Shown here piece by piece: positions 1-13,014 of a stretch of DNA of 64,000 nucleotides. Each line of letters opens with the position of its first letter. The stretch's first letter is position 1. This stretch comes from Vicugna vicugna. Lineage: Eukaryota. Under the pieces are notes generated by a model, which saw only the letters and a list, made by a program, of their open reading frames with translations, was not told the DNA's origin and did no database searches. The stretch covers positions 676,596 through 740,595 of the forward strand of contig MU058883.1 in assembly GCA_013265495.1 (NCBI GenBank), given 5' to 3'. A program made the translations under genes and the position numbers.

Positions 1-125
1 GTGTCATCCGGGCGTGGGATCTGGATTTTGGTTGCAGTTTTCAGCTCCAGGTCTTGCAGTTTCTCTCCATTTTTGCCAATGACGAAGCGATGGTGTTCTT
101 TGGGGATGGCAACGGTTGCTGAGGC
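1..125 (-). CDS. HDLBP: HDLBP (vigilin) coding exon 4, truncated by the window edge; KH-domain segment ASATVAIPKEHHRFVIGKNGEKLQDLELKTATKIQIPRPDD
   Basis: Minus-strand acceptor ctgctgtag ends at 126. Translation matches vigilin with the KH GxxG loop (IGKNG). Phase 0 agrees with the preceding exon. Confidence 0.97.
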
Positions 126-1347
126 CTACAGCAGGAAAAGAACCGAAGGAAACAGAAGGTTCCGGGAAGGCATGTTTCCCCACTGCACTCTCCGGCTGGG
201 ACGCCATTCTCACCTGTCCTTGCCTGGTCACCCCAGCCCTCCTTCGGAACAGTCTCAGGTCAAAGGTCACGCTCCTGGGGAAGCAGGCCCTGAACCCTAG
301 GCTACAGTAAGTTCAAGTGCGACCTGCTCCCAGGGCCACGTCCGCCCTGCAGCTGTCGTAATTACGCACGGGTGACAGTCCGTCCTGTGTCTTCTCAGCC
401 TAGCTGTCAGCCGCCACGAGGATGGCAACATTCAAGAATGATGACCATCCTGCTCCCACCCAGTGGCTCCCCACACTGCGCTAGGCCCCAGCGGGAGAGC
501 AGACGCGAGCTGCTGACCAGCCGAGCTGCTGTTTTGGGAACAGTAAGCTACGTTTTTTTCAGACGTAAGCCTCATATGCAGTAGGAAGCACTTTCCCCTG
601 TCTCTTTTGCAACCAGTTCAAATAGACAACTCATCTGAGGAGAGAAAATGAGAATCGTCCAAACCCTTCATCCGCTGAGTCAAACTGCCAGACACTGTGC
701 AGCCTTCTGAGGCCACAGGGAGACCTGAGAGGAAGACGGGTTTCCCGTCTTCCTAAATTTATACAGGAAAGCCATCAACCAAGAAAAGTGAAAGAAAGGC
801 GGCAAGTGCTAAGGCTCCATCATGAGTGGAACAGGAACCACAGACCAAGGAGTTGCTCTTCTTCCCCACGGGACGCGGTTTCCTAGCAACCACTCCTCGC
901 TCACAACAGAGACGCTGCACCGCGCCCAGCAGCCATGAAGAGCCCTCGTGGGAAGTCAGACCTGTGGCTGACACATCACGACCACGTGAGGGCTATTCCA
1001 CAAAAGGTTCAGTATTAGGAAACCTGTTTATATAATTCGTTACATTGCTAGATTGAAGGGGAGACGGGAAATGATCATCTCTAAGAAATTTACACCCTCT
1101 CATGACAAAAATCTGCAAGAAAACAGAATTCAGTGTACACATATATGTTTAACGTGACCACCACGCTCGCACACCTCAGCACAAGGGCTGTCCTTGACGG
1201 GGGAGCAGACAGCACGCCCGGGACCAGGGGACCACTTCTTTACCAAACTCTCACTGCCCCACAGGAAGAGAAGCTGAGAACCCAGAGACCAGCAGCTCTG
1301 ACTTACACTAACAGCACTGGTTAGAGGATGGAAAGACCACCCATCTC

Positions 1348-1377
1348 CAAAAAGAAAAAGAAAAAGAAAAAGAAAAG
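1348..1377 (+). repeat. (AAAAG/AAAAAG)n simple repeat
   Basis: Direct reading: aaaaagaaaagaaaaagaaaaagaaaag. Confidence 0.8.
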
Positions 1378-1599
1378 ACTGTACAGAGAGTCGCTGGACA
1401 CCAACAGAGGAGCTGGGCTGCGTGCGTCAGATCAGAACACGCCTGGTAAGTGACCTAGCGCCACTCTGAGCGAAAAGCTGAAGATAAAGTCTGCACGCAG
1501 AACGAAAGAGGACAGACAGGAACTCCCAGACAAGGACCGTGCAGGCGCAGAGGTGGTAACCATGCTGCATGCTGGAGCATAAAGCCATCACCACCAGAC

Positions 1600-2740
1600 A
1601 GAGGACGCGAGACAGGGAGAGACAGGCCAACAGATCGGAACAGAAAATCTAGGACCAGATCCAAGTTAATATGAAAACTCAGGGCTTGATAAAAACTGCC
1701 ATTCAAATCACTGGGGGAAACTTTAAAAATGGCGCTGATGACTTGACAGCCACGTGGAAAACGATGAAACTGGATCTGCACGTCGTACCATTCACAGTAA
1801 ATCCCAAACGAATCAGGAACTGAAATGTAAGAACACTCTGACAGGAACAGAAAAAATACGAGTCAACTTTCTCACAACCCAGAAGCAAAAATAAAACCAT
1901 TTCCCAACAGTGACTCAAGAAGCAAAAGATTAATGAATTTGACCCCACAAGAACGAAACTCACATTGCAGAACACCTCAAGATCAAAACACAAGTGGCAA
2001 ACCGGGAACACTGTTTGTAGCATCTATTCCTGCTGGAGGGTTTTAAGCGCCCTAACTGATTGAACAAGACAGACAACTTCAACTCAGTAGCAAAGGGCCA
2101 GACAACAGTGCAGAGAACACACACGTGGTCCTTGCACAACGAAGAGAAACGAAGAGAGACTCAGTTGTCCCAGCAGAAAACACAAATCACAAGCACACCC
2201 AGCTGCCTTGCAGAGAGAAGACAAAAACCAACACACAGCCCAGAACCCGAGGACCCTGGTGCGGCCGCAAGGGGGTGGGGGAGTGGGTGGGTGTGTGGAC
2301 ACACGTGTTGGCGGGGGAGCTGCAAATTACACACAGTTTCCCTCTGACCTGGCCACCTCCCTCTGGGAGATCCACCCCAAGACACACTGGGTGAAACAAA
2401 GGACAGCAGATGCCCCAGGTTTTTAACCGTGACACAATTTACAAGAGCAGAAGTCTGGAAGCCTCCCCAGCGCCCACCAGCAGGAATGCCTGAGTAAATC
2501 ACTGTGCAGCTGAGCGCAGGCAGGTGAGCAGACACAAGGAAGCCACCCTCTGCCTCCACGCAGACACCTCCAGGAACAAGGTGTAGAAGACTGACAGCGA
2601 GTCATCCTGCTTCTGTTCTCAAATCAAACAATGGAAAAATACACCAAAGACTCAGAATGGTCCCTGGCAGGGAGGCCGGGGTGAAGAGGCCGTCTCCGAA
2701 TGAACCACACATGACTGACTCTGCAACCCTGGAATCTGTA
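1600..2740 (+). mobile_element. Ancient L1 (L1M-type) ORF2/3' remnant; boundaries approximate
   Basis: A-rich decayed text resembling L1 ORF2 3' sequence (e.g. aaactggatctgcacgtcgtaccattcacagtaaatcccaaacgaatcagg). No intact frame. Confidence 0.5.
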
Positions 2741-2754
2741 CGTACTTTTAAAAA

Positions 2755-2945
2755 ATCGAAAATATAAACAGGATTATACTGTACAGCACAGAGAAATACA
2801 CACAAGATCTTGTGGTAGCTCACAGCAAAAAAAAAATGTGACAACGAATATACGTATGTTCATGTAAAACTGAAAATTGTGCTCTACACTGGAATTTGAC
2901 GTAACACTGTAAACTGTAACTCAATAAAAAACGTTTAAAAAACCT
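2755..2945 (+). mobile_element. Lineage-specific L1 3' tail fragment
   Basis: Aligns by eye with 38265-38445 (atactgtacagcacagagaaata ... ctggaatttgac ... caataaaaa). Confidence 0.75.
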
Positions 2946-4886
2946 GAAAATAAATTAAAACAACTGAACCCGACTGTATACAAAGTGACGGTGTGACCTC
3001 AACAGAGAAAATGACTTCAGTGACTTCAAAACCCATCTTAAGATCCTTCATCTTTATTAGAAGTGCAGTTTGAACTCAAGCAACTTCCTGCTGTAAACGT
3101 CTAGAGCTCTCGGACTAACAGATGACTTCAGGTCTGTGGGAGGAAACGGCTCAGGTCAGTCCACACATCTCTCTGCGTTAGAAATGCGGAAGTGATCCAA
3201 GACAACGGTCCTGTTGGAATCATTCTGTCAGAATGCTGCAGGATGCCAGCCTGAAGGAGGCCCCACCTGCCAAAGATGAGGCAACTTCTGCTTGAAGAAC
3301 ACCTAACAGACACATCAGAAGTTTGCAACGACACTAAAGATTCATGGATCACCACCAAAGATGCCGGGAAGCCAATATGGTCTGGAAGTTAAGAGGAAAG
3401 GGGTCAGTTATCTACCCTGTACTTCCCACCCGAAAGGAGAGTTCTTCAGAGGAGAACCAGTGAATCGGGGGGGGGGGCAGGAACCACCGTCTGCTGACCC
3501 CTCGTGGAATCAACTCAAAGTACAAGCACCACCCACACGTCTCCTGCCAAACCAGCCAACACAAGCGTGAGCCAGCCCCCAGTCGCACTGCCAGTTCACA
3601 GGGACCGTCATACGAGGGACAGTGGCACAGACTAAACACCTGCTTGTCCCCCCAAGTCAACAGACTAGCAGCATTAAGAAAAAAGGAGAGGGCACAGCTG
3701 CGGAGTGAAGGGGACTCGAGGTCTGACAAGCACGGCAGTGCGCTGGCCTCACCCAGATGCTGAATGTACTGAAAGGAAAAAAAAACCCAGCCGCAGGAGC
3801 ACCTCAGAAACCTGGGGGAGACTGTGTACAGACTGGGTTCAACGTAGGTGTGTCAAGAAAATACTAATAATTTTAACGAGGGAGCTGACACAGTAGCTGT
3901 ATTAAAAAAGGGGGATTAAAAGGGAATTATTGATAGGTGAATACTGTGGGATTTGCTTTAAGGCCCCGGGGGTGGGGGGAGGGTGGTGGCCAGGGCTGCA
4001 GACGCACTGGGAGTGCTCCCTCCCTGCCCGCTGCTCAGCCGCAAAACAGTCCCCAAGTAGATGATAATCCACACACCAGCCACGATGTGAAACAATTACA
4101 CACATTTTTCACTTCCTACACTTGGTGACTTAATTCCCCGGAGCTAGGGGGTTAGGGCGGGCCCCAGGGGGCTGAGTGAGTATGCGAGCTGGGATCTCAC
4201 AGGGCAGTGCTCCCTCCCCAAGACCCTGCCTCCGCACCCACCCTGGCCCCTCTGGCATCAGATCCCCACCTTCCAACCACCACCCCTAAGGCCAGCTTCC
4301 CCAAGAGCGCAGCGGCAGGTGGGAAGAGCTGCTCGTCTCTAACCAGGCCCTCTAAGGCTCTAGCGTCACACGACCTTTCAATGAGATTCTCTGTGTTTAT
4401 CTTGGTCTATAGTGATGCTGCCCCAGGAAGACTGCATCACTAACTGACATTTATCACAGTGGTTCCCAAATAAATTCTGACACTGGTGTCAGCTGGCCAA
4501 GGACTAAAGAACAGACAAACTCTGAATCTGTAGCCGCCCAAGCCTGGGGCCTGGAAATGTGTGTAACAACGAAGGTACCCCCTGACTGTCACGCGGAAGC
4601 TGGGAGCTACCGGTCTGTACACCGGGGCCCTTACTCCACCGTCCAGGCAAGCTAATTCAAGTGTCTGAAACTCTGGGATAAGCCTTCAACTTTCAGTTCA
4701 TTCATCCAAATAGCACAAAAGGCAGGCGTCCCAGTTCTACTCCTGATTTAGCGCTTTTCCAATAGAAACACCAGGGGGCTATGGGCCTGCCCACTGGTGG
4801 ACAGAGTCTCGTGAAGTCCGAGCCACGTCCCCAGCGGCCGGCAGCGTGAGTGCAGCCCCAGGGGGGACTGGCCTGGGGATACTCAC

Positions 4887-5102
4887 CTGGGTCTGCAGCC
4901 TAGCAACAATGTCCTTCCGAGCTTTCATCACGGCGTCCAGCTTCCCTGAAACCATGATGGAGAGGCCCTGGTCCTTGGCGAGGGACAGCTCCAGGTGAGC
5001 GCCTGTCCTCTGCATGATCTCGAGGCAGATTTTTGCTTGTTCACCTTCTCCAAACTGGTTCATGTCCTTATACTTTCTCTCCTCCAAGGGCACATGGAAC
5101 AC
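4887..5102 (-). CDS. HDLBP: HDLBP coding exon 3 (216 nt), VFHVPLEERKYKDMNQFGEGEQAKICLEIMQRTGAHLELSLAKDQGLSIMVSGKLDAVMKARKDIVARLQTQ
   Basis: cag acceptor (5105-5103) and CAG|GTGAGT donor. Peptide matches vigilin; 72 codons, phase 0/0. Confidence 0.98.
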
Positions 5103-6194
5103 CTGCTCATAAAGGGTCAGGAAGAGACGGTCACGAGATCAAGAAGAGGAGAGGGCACTGAAGCCTAGGACTGAACACACTGAGCAAAGAAAGTGGCAGA
5201 AAGTGCCTAAGGGCAGGAGGCTGACATCCCAGTGAAGAAGAGAAGCCACCCTGTGCAAACGGGTGGCAAGGGGAGGGTGGGGGGAAGGGTCAGGCAACGA
5301 GAAGCAAAGTCAGTGACAGAAGCAAACAGAGGGGAGAGAGGCTGGGTGGAGGAGGGTGAACGGAGATGCTAAAAAGGTCAGAAAGACCTTCTTCCTTTGC
5401 TCTTAAGAGGCAAAGACTAGCGGGCTCTCCTGGGAGGTGACAAAGAGTGAAGGCGGGACAGCAGACAGGGAGCATCTGAGCACAGCAGGGTGTGGGCCCA
5501 GAGACAGAAGGGTGGGGCTGGGCCCCTCAGCCCACCCTGCAGGGAGATGAGAAGACAGTGAGGGTCCTGAGCGGGACACGTTCTGACCGACGACTGAGCA
5601 GAGACAGGGGTGGAAGCAGGAGGAGCCAAAAGGACTGTGCTTCGCGGCCTGAGCTGCTGGGCGGAATGCAATGCATTCACAAGATCAGGAAGGCCGGGAA
5701 GAAACCAGGCACATCTTAGACAGCCACTCGAAAGACAGCAAGAACCAGAACACAGCTGGCTGTGAGTCCTGGGCTCAGGGAAGGGGACTTCTCTCAGTGC
5801 ACAGCTGGCAGCCAGCACCCATGACCCGACGTGGACTCACACAGAAAGCACTGCGCCTGCCAACGCCCAGTTCCAGGGAGCAGAGAGTGGCCGGGGGGTC
5901 CCCAACAGCCCACAGGGGAAGGCTGCGTCAGGACAGCGGGGGGCCGCTGGAGTGGACGGCAGGAAAGGCAAGGGCACTTTCAGCAGCCGGGAGCAGACCG
6001 GACTGCGGTGGACGGAAGACAAAGGGGACCATCCCCTCCCCGGAGCTCAGGGGAGGGAGTGCGGGTGGAACGAAGAGGCTGCTTCAACCTGAAAGCCTCC
6101 CCGCACGCCCAGAGCACTCTCATTTCTGTGTCTTCCATCGGATGCTACTACCTCCTACGTGGAGGGTCAGGGGAAGGCATAGTGGACCTCCTAC

Positions 6195-6352
6195 CTGAGT
6201 GATGACCGAGGCCTTGATGGGCCGGATCTTGTTACTCCAGGCGCCGGCTGGTTCCTGGGCGTTTTCCAAGCAAGCTGCTTTCTCAGGGAGTGGGGGGAAG
6301 GCATCCTTGTAGGTTGGAGGGTCGCTCTCCTCTTCTGAGTTTAAAGTGGCAA
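6195..6352 (-). CDS. HDLBP: HDLBP coding exon 2 (158 nt), VATLNSEEESDPPTYKDAFPPLPEKAACLENAQEPAGAWSNKIRPIKASVITQ
   Basis: cag acceptor and CAG|GTAGGA donor. Phase 1 start completes GTT (Val) with the previous exon. Matches the vigilin N-terminus. Confidence 0.98.
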
Positions 6353-8046
6353 CTGGACCGGCCAACAGAGATTAAGGAAGCACACTGCTTTCAGTATTAG
6401 AGGAAAACACCAAGGAGGTTTTAACGGGAACAACCGCCGCAATGAAACAGTAGCGAAAACCGTACCACCGGGAGCGACAGCTCCCCTCCCTTCTCACAGC
6501 AGCCGGGCAGGGCCCCGGCAGGTCACCAGGCCCAGCGCCCTCCAGGGCGGCCTACGAACTGCAAGGGCCAGACTCTGACCCTGACAGCACCCCCTTGCCC
6601 CGTGAATGGTCAGCTCAGACACCGGTGCCCCCACCCACCGGAGGGGTGAGCTTCTTGAAGGCAGGCCTTGCCACAGAGATTTTTAAGCCCTTCAGAGAGT
6701 CACCTAATCCTTATCTTAAAAAAGCACAGCCACAATACCTGGCACACTGCCAGCTCTTACATGTGCAGAACAAAGCCACAGAGCCGCCCCAGGCTGGGGG
6801 AACCCCCTCCAGGCCAGCTCCAGCCGACTATGCACTGTAAAGCATGATGCCGAAAGCCTGCGGGACCCCTCACCTCCCCCAGCCCTGCAGGGAGCACCAG
6901 CCTTGTGGAGACCAGGTCCCTAATAATGAAGGGCTCCCCCCAGAGCACCCTAACACTCCCCCTCTGTCCTGTCACCCACAGCTGCACGAAAGCAGAGTGG
7001 CTGTCTGGACCACGCCAGACTTCTGGGGCTGAGCACGGTGTCTGGCAACGGTGGAGCCCAATCAAAACGACTGCGGGCAGACGTGCACAGAGGGACGCCC
7101 TTTGGACTCAGACAGGCCCACATCTGACTCTGGGTTCACCACTTCTGGCCGCGTGGCCATGCTATCCCCACACACCAGCAAAGGCTCCGTGCTGACAGTG
7201 CCTTGCTCCATCTAGAAAGGGAAACGCAGACCCCGTAGGGTTGCTCGACTGTGTATTAGACCCAGGCCTGCAGGCACCCAGATCCAAAGCGGGCAGCAGT
7301 GTCAGGGTCTCCACCGCCTAGAAACCAGCACGTGAAACTTACTTCGTGCAGCTGACGAAGTAAGTTTTTAATTCCAATTAGTGTCAACTTAAGAGCTGAT
7401 ACTCCATTCAGTTATTGAAAACTTTAAAGACTGTTTGAACAACAGAGAGTAAAACAATCTGCTCTTTCAACTGAAAATTCCATGAAGTCTGAACATGAAG
7501 GGTTTTGAGTGAAAATTCAGCTGTCCTGCAGTTACAAACATACACCAAATTTTGAAGGAAAAGAAAAGAGTGTAAGATATCAGTTTTTACTTGTACATTA
7601 AAGAGCTGTCGAAACGACAGTGTTTCAGATGTACTGGCTCCTGCTCCGTGTCTGCTGGACAGCACTGCCCTTGATCCTGGCCGGCTGTGCTGGGGAACGC
7701 AGAAGCCAGAGCCCAGCCTGCATCCTCAGAGCGGTCTCCGGACAGCGCTCTGGGATGCCGCACAGCCCAGACTGGCTCGAGCATCTGGGAACAGCAGTTT
7801 TGAAAAAGAATCCCATTAACCACAATGGCCAAGTCCACTGGCTTTCCAGAAAGTTGCCCACATTTTAAATCTGACATTTGCTACTGGCCTGCACACAAGG
7901 GCAGTGCAAAGCAGAGTGCACAGCACTGCTGGGCCTGCCTACCCCAAAAGCACGGCGCTGAGAGGCATGTCCGCGAGGCCTCAGGCCTGGCCAGGATCTG
8001 GGGGAGCATCTTACAGTCAACAGGAAGAGTGAGCACGGGCCGTCAC

Positions 8047-8122
8047 CTTTGATCGGTTGCGGAACCAGTCCACTGCGGTGTTCGGCAAAGCTCTCCTGGG
8101 TCAAAACTGCAACGGAGCTCAT
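8047..8122 (-). CDS. HDLBP: HDLBP first coding segment MSSVAVLTQESFAEHRSGLVPQPIK
   Basis: ATG at 8122-8120 in the context TCAACC-ATG-A. Donor AAAG|GTGACG at 8046. Matches the vigilin N-terminus. Confidence 0.98.
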
Positions 8123-8159
8123 GGTTGATCTCACGCCTCCACACGGTCCGGGTGAGCCA
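8123..8159 (-). other. HDLBP: HDLBP 5' UTR part (37 nt) of the ATG-containing exon
   Basis: Polypyrimidine tract and cag acceptor (ctcgcccctctgcttcag) end at 8160. Confidence 0.85.
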
Positions 8160-9416
8160 CTGAAGCAGAGGGGCGAGTCAGAAGGAGCAGAGTCCAGGCA
8201 CGGCCAGCTCCCGGCTACGGGGAGCTCTTCAGCTCAGAGCTTCAGCCAAGGCTTTTAACTCTGCTTTTCCAGCAAATGACACCTTACTTTCCTCACTTAC
8301 AACCCCTGAGGCGAGGTGATACCCAAACTCTCACCCAGAGAGGAAAAGGAGAAATTCACGTAAAGGAGGTCCTTGGACAACTGACCCCTCAAAAAGCTGC
8401 CTGTGATTGAGGAGACGGAGGCTCCAGGTTCAGTATCGGAACGCCCAGGGGCCGCAAGGTACAAGCTACACCCACCTCCCCACTCACAGGGGCCACAGAG
8501 ACACCGTCTGCACCCCTCTCCTCACCCACAGGAGCCCACAGGAACCCAGCACGTGTCAGACAGAACATCTGGATGGCTCTAACAGCTGTCTCAGTTACTG
8601 GGCTAATCTGTTCAACCCCAGGCCCCCTGACGCTGTCCAACGTGCCCCTGTCACAGCAGCTACAGAAAGCCCTGGACAGCAGCCCCACGTGCTCTTCGGC
8701 AGCAGTAAGAGCAAGAGGCGGTAGCAGGGACAACAGTTTAAGTGGACCCGCAGCAGGTGTGACCCGCCCAAGGGCACTCAGCTCCTCAGGGCAGGGCGGG
8801 AACCCTGGGCTGGCTCCAGACCCCACTCCGGAGGACCCCAGGACTCCGTGCGACTAGCTCTCAAAGACACAGCTCCCTTATTTGGAAAAGGGGCTCATTT
8901 GGCCCTGAGGCAGGGCGCCAGCTTCTCTCCCACTCTAGGTGAGCTCCACGGCACGCTCTTCACGCAATTATGCAGCAAGTGTCTTCTTGTACATCAGGGC
9001 AAAAATAAGGGGGTCAAGGAATTGAGTAAGAGTGCGTTTTGACATCATTTTTGCAACTCAGTAAGACCTCTCCCTGAATCCAAGAAGAACAAGGCCTGCA
9101 CTCCTGAAGAGATGCAGACCCAGATTCAGGTATCGCGAGCAAGCGCTAGTTCACACTCACGGAAACACGGGGAGAAACAGACGGAAACCAGAGGACACGT
9201 CGAAGGGCCTGCTGGAGGTGCAGTGACAGCGATCCTCTCTGGGGAACCGCCAGAAACTCAAAGCGCAGTGAAGGAAGGTGGGACAGCCCAGGGACACCCA
9301 GCGAAGACTTACCAGCAAAATGGTCAGTAGCCAGAAGGTCCGTCCTGAGGCCGCCTGTCAGCCTGCCAGCTTTCGCTAGTGTGGGCAAGGAGAAAAACCG
9401 GAGAAACGTCACTTAC

Positions 9417-9484
9417 CTGCACCCTACAGCCCAGATCCTTCTACCTCTTAACCAGCAAAGGTCAAAATACTGTTTACGCTTTGG
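9417..9484 (-). other. HDLBP: Probable HDLBP 5' UTR exon 2 (68 nt; an alternative acceptor at 9513 gives 97 nt)
   Basis: Consensus donor GCAG|GTAAGT at 9416. Candidate acceptors are cattag (9485) and ttttttcacctag (9514). The exon lies between the first exons and the ATG exon. Confidence 0.65.
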
Positions 9485-12400
9485 CTAATGGTATCAATAC
9501 TCAGGCAAATTTCCTAGGTGAAAAAATGGAAGAACCCCTTCCCTCAGGCCATTGGCCTCAAACAAGACCTACGACAGTGAAACCCAAACTTTCTAAAACT
9601 TCTCGACAGCAGCCTTTCCAGGGACCAGAGGGAATGACCCATCAGCTGCCAAAACTTTTGAACGAAACATTCTGGAGTAAAACCCTCACAGCGCTGCCAG
9701 CTCGTTCTGCTGCATGGCTGGGCCATCCTCCCCACACTCCTCTCGTCACTCCGCTGGGCCAGAAGGAAAAAGGTCCTGCAGTGCCGCTACGACTGAGAGC
9801 AGAACAGAACGTGGGCGGGCCGTGGGGCCCAGGGCCCTCCAGGGCGAGCCTGCACTCGGCCCTTTGCTCTTCTCGCTGCTCCCCTACAGCCGCCCTCGGG
9901 CCCCTTCTAACCCACCGGAACGCAGAGACCAGGCCACAAAACAGCAGGGTGCAAAGAGCCTTCAAAGGCCTTCCCGGAGGGCCAAGAGCCACTCTGTCAA
10001 GAAAGAGCTCATGGGTCACCTTGCCTTGGGGGACGTCAGGACAGGGCTGCCAGGCAGGTTACCTGCCACTTTATGCAAAACACCCGCGCACTTGATGAGG
10101 CCGACACCATGACAGGGGTCAGGCACGCGTCTAGAACAGGAGAACTGACAAGTGTAACCAGAACACCCTCCCGAACTGGAGGACAACGTCCCCAAAGACT
10201 TGTCCTCAACGTGCGCCTGCTTCAGGAGCTAGAAGAGTTTACAGCAGTGGGGGTGCACCGAGGACACAGACAAGCAGCATTCAAGGATTAAAATAACAAA
10301 CAAACAAAAAACCTCTGGAGGCGGGACTCGAGTCACATGGGGGACATACCACCAGCCAGAGGCCAGACCCTCTATGGGTCCCACAAAGCAAACAAGTGCA
10401 CCTGAGACCAAGGGGGCCCAGGAGCAGACAAACTGACCAAGATTATTTTATTTAAGAATTTGTCTCCAACAAATTCTAATCAGCAAATTTTAATGATTAA
10501 GGCAAAAAAGAAAATCCTTTCCATTAAATCAAAGTATCAGAGTATCACATTCACACATTGGTCCTGACAGGGTGTGAAAACGGAGCGCCCCCTGGGACCC
10601 CCAGGGGTCAGGCCAGTCCCCTGAGCAAGGCTGGAACGGCATGGATGTGTCCTAGGCCAAGGCACCAGTGGTGAAGCCGGGACCCACTGTCCACCCCGCT
10701 CTCCTCACTGAGAGCACCCAGCACGGACGGCCTCCTGCCTGCTGACCTTCCACCTGAAGGGCCTCCCTCTCCCGGTCGGCCCAGATACCAGCATCACTTC
10801 TCCAAACCCACTGACGCCCACTTTCTAACAAGCTGGGCTCACCTACATGCCCTCAGTTAGGCCCATGTCCCCTTCTCTGTGCTCCTACTGACCAGTCCTG
10901 CTTCCTGACAGGGCAAGTCTTCAGTGCCCAGTGGCAGCCACATAAGCCTGTGAAGTACAGTCACTGTCCACACCTACTCCAGCCACAGGTCTGTGACGGG
11001 TCACCCCCAGTCTGCAGCTGTCACACACAAGACGGGATGAACTCCTCAGTGTCTTCTGAGAAGCTCACACTTCAGCAGTCAATTGCTGCCAGCCTTCCTA
11101 TTGAACCCTTAGTCCAAGTGGCTCAAGAAAGAGGCTGAACCTACTAATGTCTGGAGGGAGAACCTGCCAGAGACTCTAACCCTCCCACGTGCACAGGCCC
11201 TGAGGCAGCCAAGGACAGAGAGTGGACCTACAAAATACTCCAAGCTGGTTTGACAGGATACACTGGGTCTCTAGCCTCCAGATTTCAAATGGCAGTTTGT
11301 CACAGCTGGAAATGAATGGATCACAGCAAGCAACAGATTAACATCTGGGGTTCTGATAGCATCAAACTAGGTTTCTGGTTTTTTTTTTTTTAAATAAACT
11401 TCTCAAAACCCTGTCTTTAGAGAATCCATTTTAAACACGTTTTAAACACATAGAGACCCACGTGTAAATGCAGGCCTCAGCCCTACCTGAGGGGCTGGGG
11501 TAGATCTTACAAAAGGCCAGCCTCAGCGCCCCTTCCACGTCCCCAGCCTGATTGGTGGCCTGTCTCTAGTTCAACAAAGCAGCACCTATGAAACTGTCCA
11601 CAGTGCTATGCCCACCCCCACCTGCTACCCCAGGCCCTGGCTCCACCTTCACAGACAGCACCTGACAGGTCTGCTCCCGCTCACGGAGATCTTCCCAGTC
11701 TCACAAGCATCAGGGCACTCGTGCTCTCCACCCCAGCTCCCCAGTCTCAAGTGCCCAGGGGACCTCAGACAGGCCCCTTCATCGAGTAACAGAGGCCAGA
11801 CGTCTGCTATCACAGCTCCTCACCTGACCGAGTATCGCTGCTCAAACCGGGTGTGAAAGGAGCACAGCTGTCCCTGCTGGTCTCTGAGGGACACCAGGCT
11901 CCGGGACGGCAGCCTTCCCAGAGAGCCCAGGCCCCACCACTGCTCCACCTCGGTGAGGCTGTCAGAACAGGCGGCCTGAAGGTGTGCCCAAATCGGCAAC
12001 TTCTTTCCCCGTCTAGCCCCAGAGGGCAAGTCTACCTTTTCCTACAAGACTCCTTGAGACATGTGATGCCCCTTCTCCCACCTCCTTCAGTGATCCCTGA
12101 GATGGTCCGTCCCTTCATCATTTCAGCTGCTCTCAGCTATCTTCTGTGCAAGTAGCATGCAGGTCCACCCAGTGCAAATCTCACTCTTCTCAACCCGGAC
12201 TTTCATAGACACAGAGAAAAGGCCACATTTCAAAACATAACTATGTAACAAACAGAACCAGAATCAAAGGGAAGAGAACAGATGGAAGCAAAGACTCTCC
12301 GGGTGCCTCCATCCTGCGGAGATGAGGGAGTGTGGAGGGCTGGCACGCACTGGACTCCCCATGCGGAGAAGTGTGAAGTCGTGGCGTGGCACAGGTGGCT

Positions 12401-12883
12401 TGTATCTGAACCTGGGTCCTAACACATGCACAATCAAAGCCTTCAAATGAAGATTTTTACTTTTCTTGCTTGTAAACAAAGGTAAGTTGATTTCCTTGTA
12501 ATGTTTTGCCAATTACACATTCAAAAGGAACCCCGTCGTCTTTCCAAAGAACTCAAGAGTTAACAGTCCAGAAAGAATTTTATCTCAGCCAACTGAGGAC
12601 TTCAGCACCTATTTACACAGACAGAACTGGGCATGGAGGTTTATCAAAAAAACCTCCAGCTGAAACCCAGGACTTCTCTCCTCTTCTTCCAAAATTAAAA
12701 TTATTTTCTTTTACCCCTACAGTAAGCTTGCAAGGAAAAAAAATTTCAAAGTACTTCTCAAGGCCCACAAACCAGTCTTTAGAATAGAAATATAAAACCC
12801 CGATGGGCTGAAAGATCACAAAGCTTAAATCTCAGAAAGGCCACGGGCACAAGGTCGACATGACTGGCGGGAGGCGGGCATCT

Positions 12884-13014
12884 NNNNNNNNNNNNNNNNN
12901 NNNNNNNNNNNNNNNNNNNNNNNNNNNNNNNNNNNNNNNNNNNNNNNNNNNNNNNNNNNNNNNNNNNNNNNNNNNNNNNNNNNNNNNNNNNNNNNNNNNN
13001 NNNNNNNNNNNNNN
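12884..13014. other. Assembly gap (131 N)
   Basis: Run of N at the edge of the CpG island. Confidence 0.99.

Noticed and set aside
8160-9416. Search for the upstream exon of the recalled human extended vigilin isoform (MHLAERDRWLF...)
   Set aside because: I found no matching peptide by eye in this intron, so it is not called.
9379-10095. 238-aa plus-strand ORF antisense to HDLBP exon 2
   Set aside because: No recognisable motif or coding-like composition; consistent with a chance frame.
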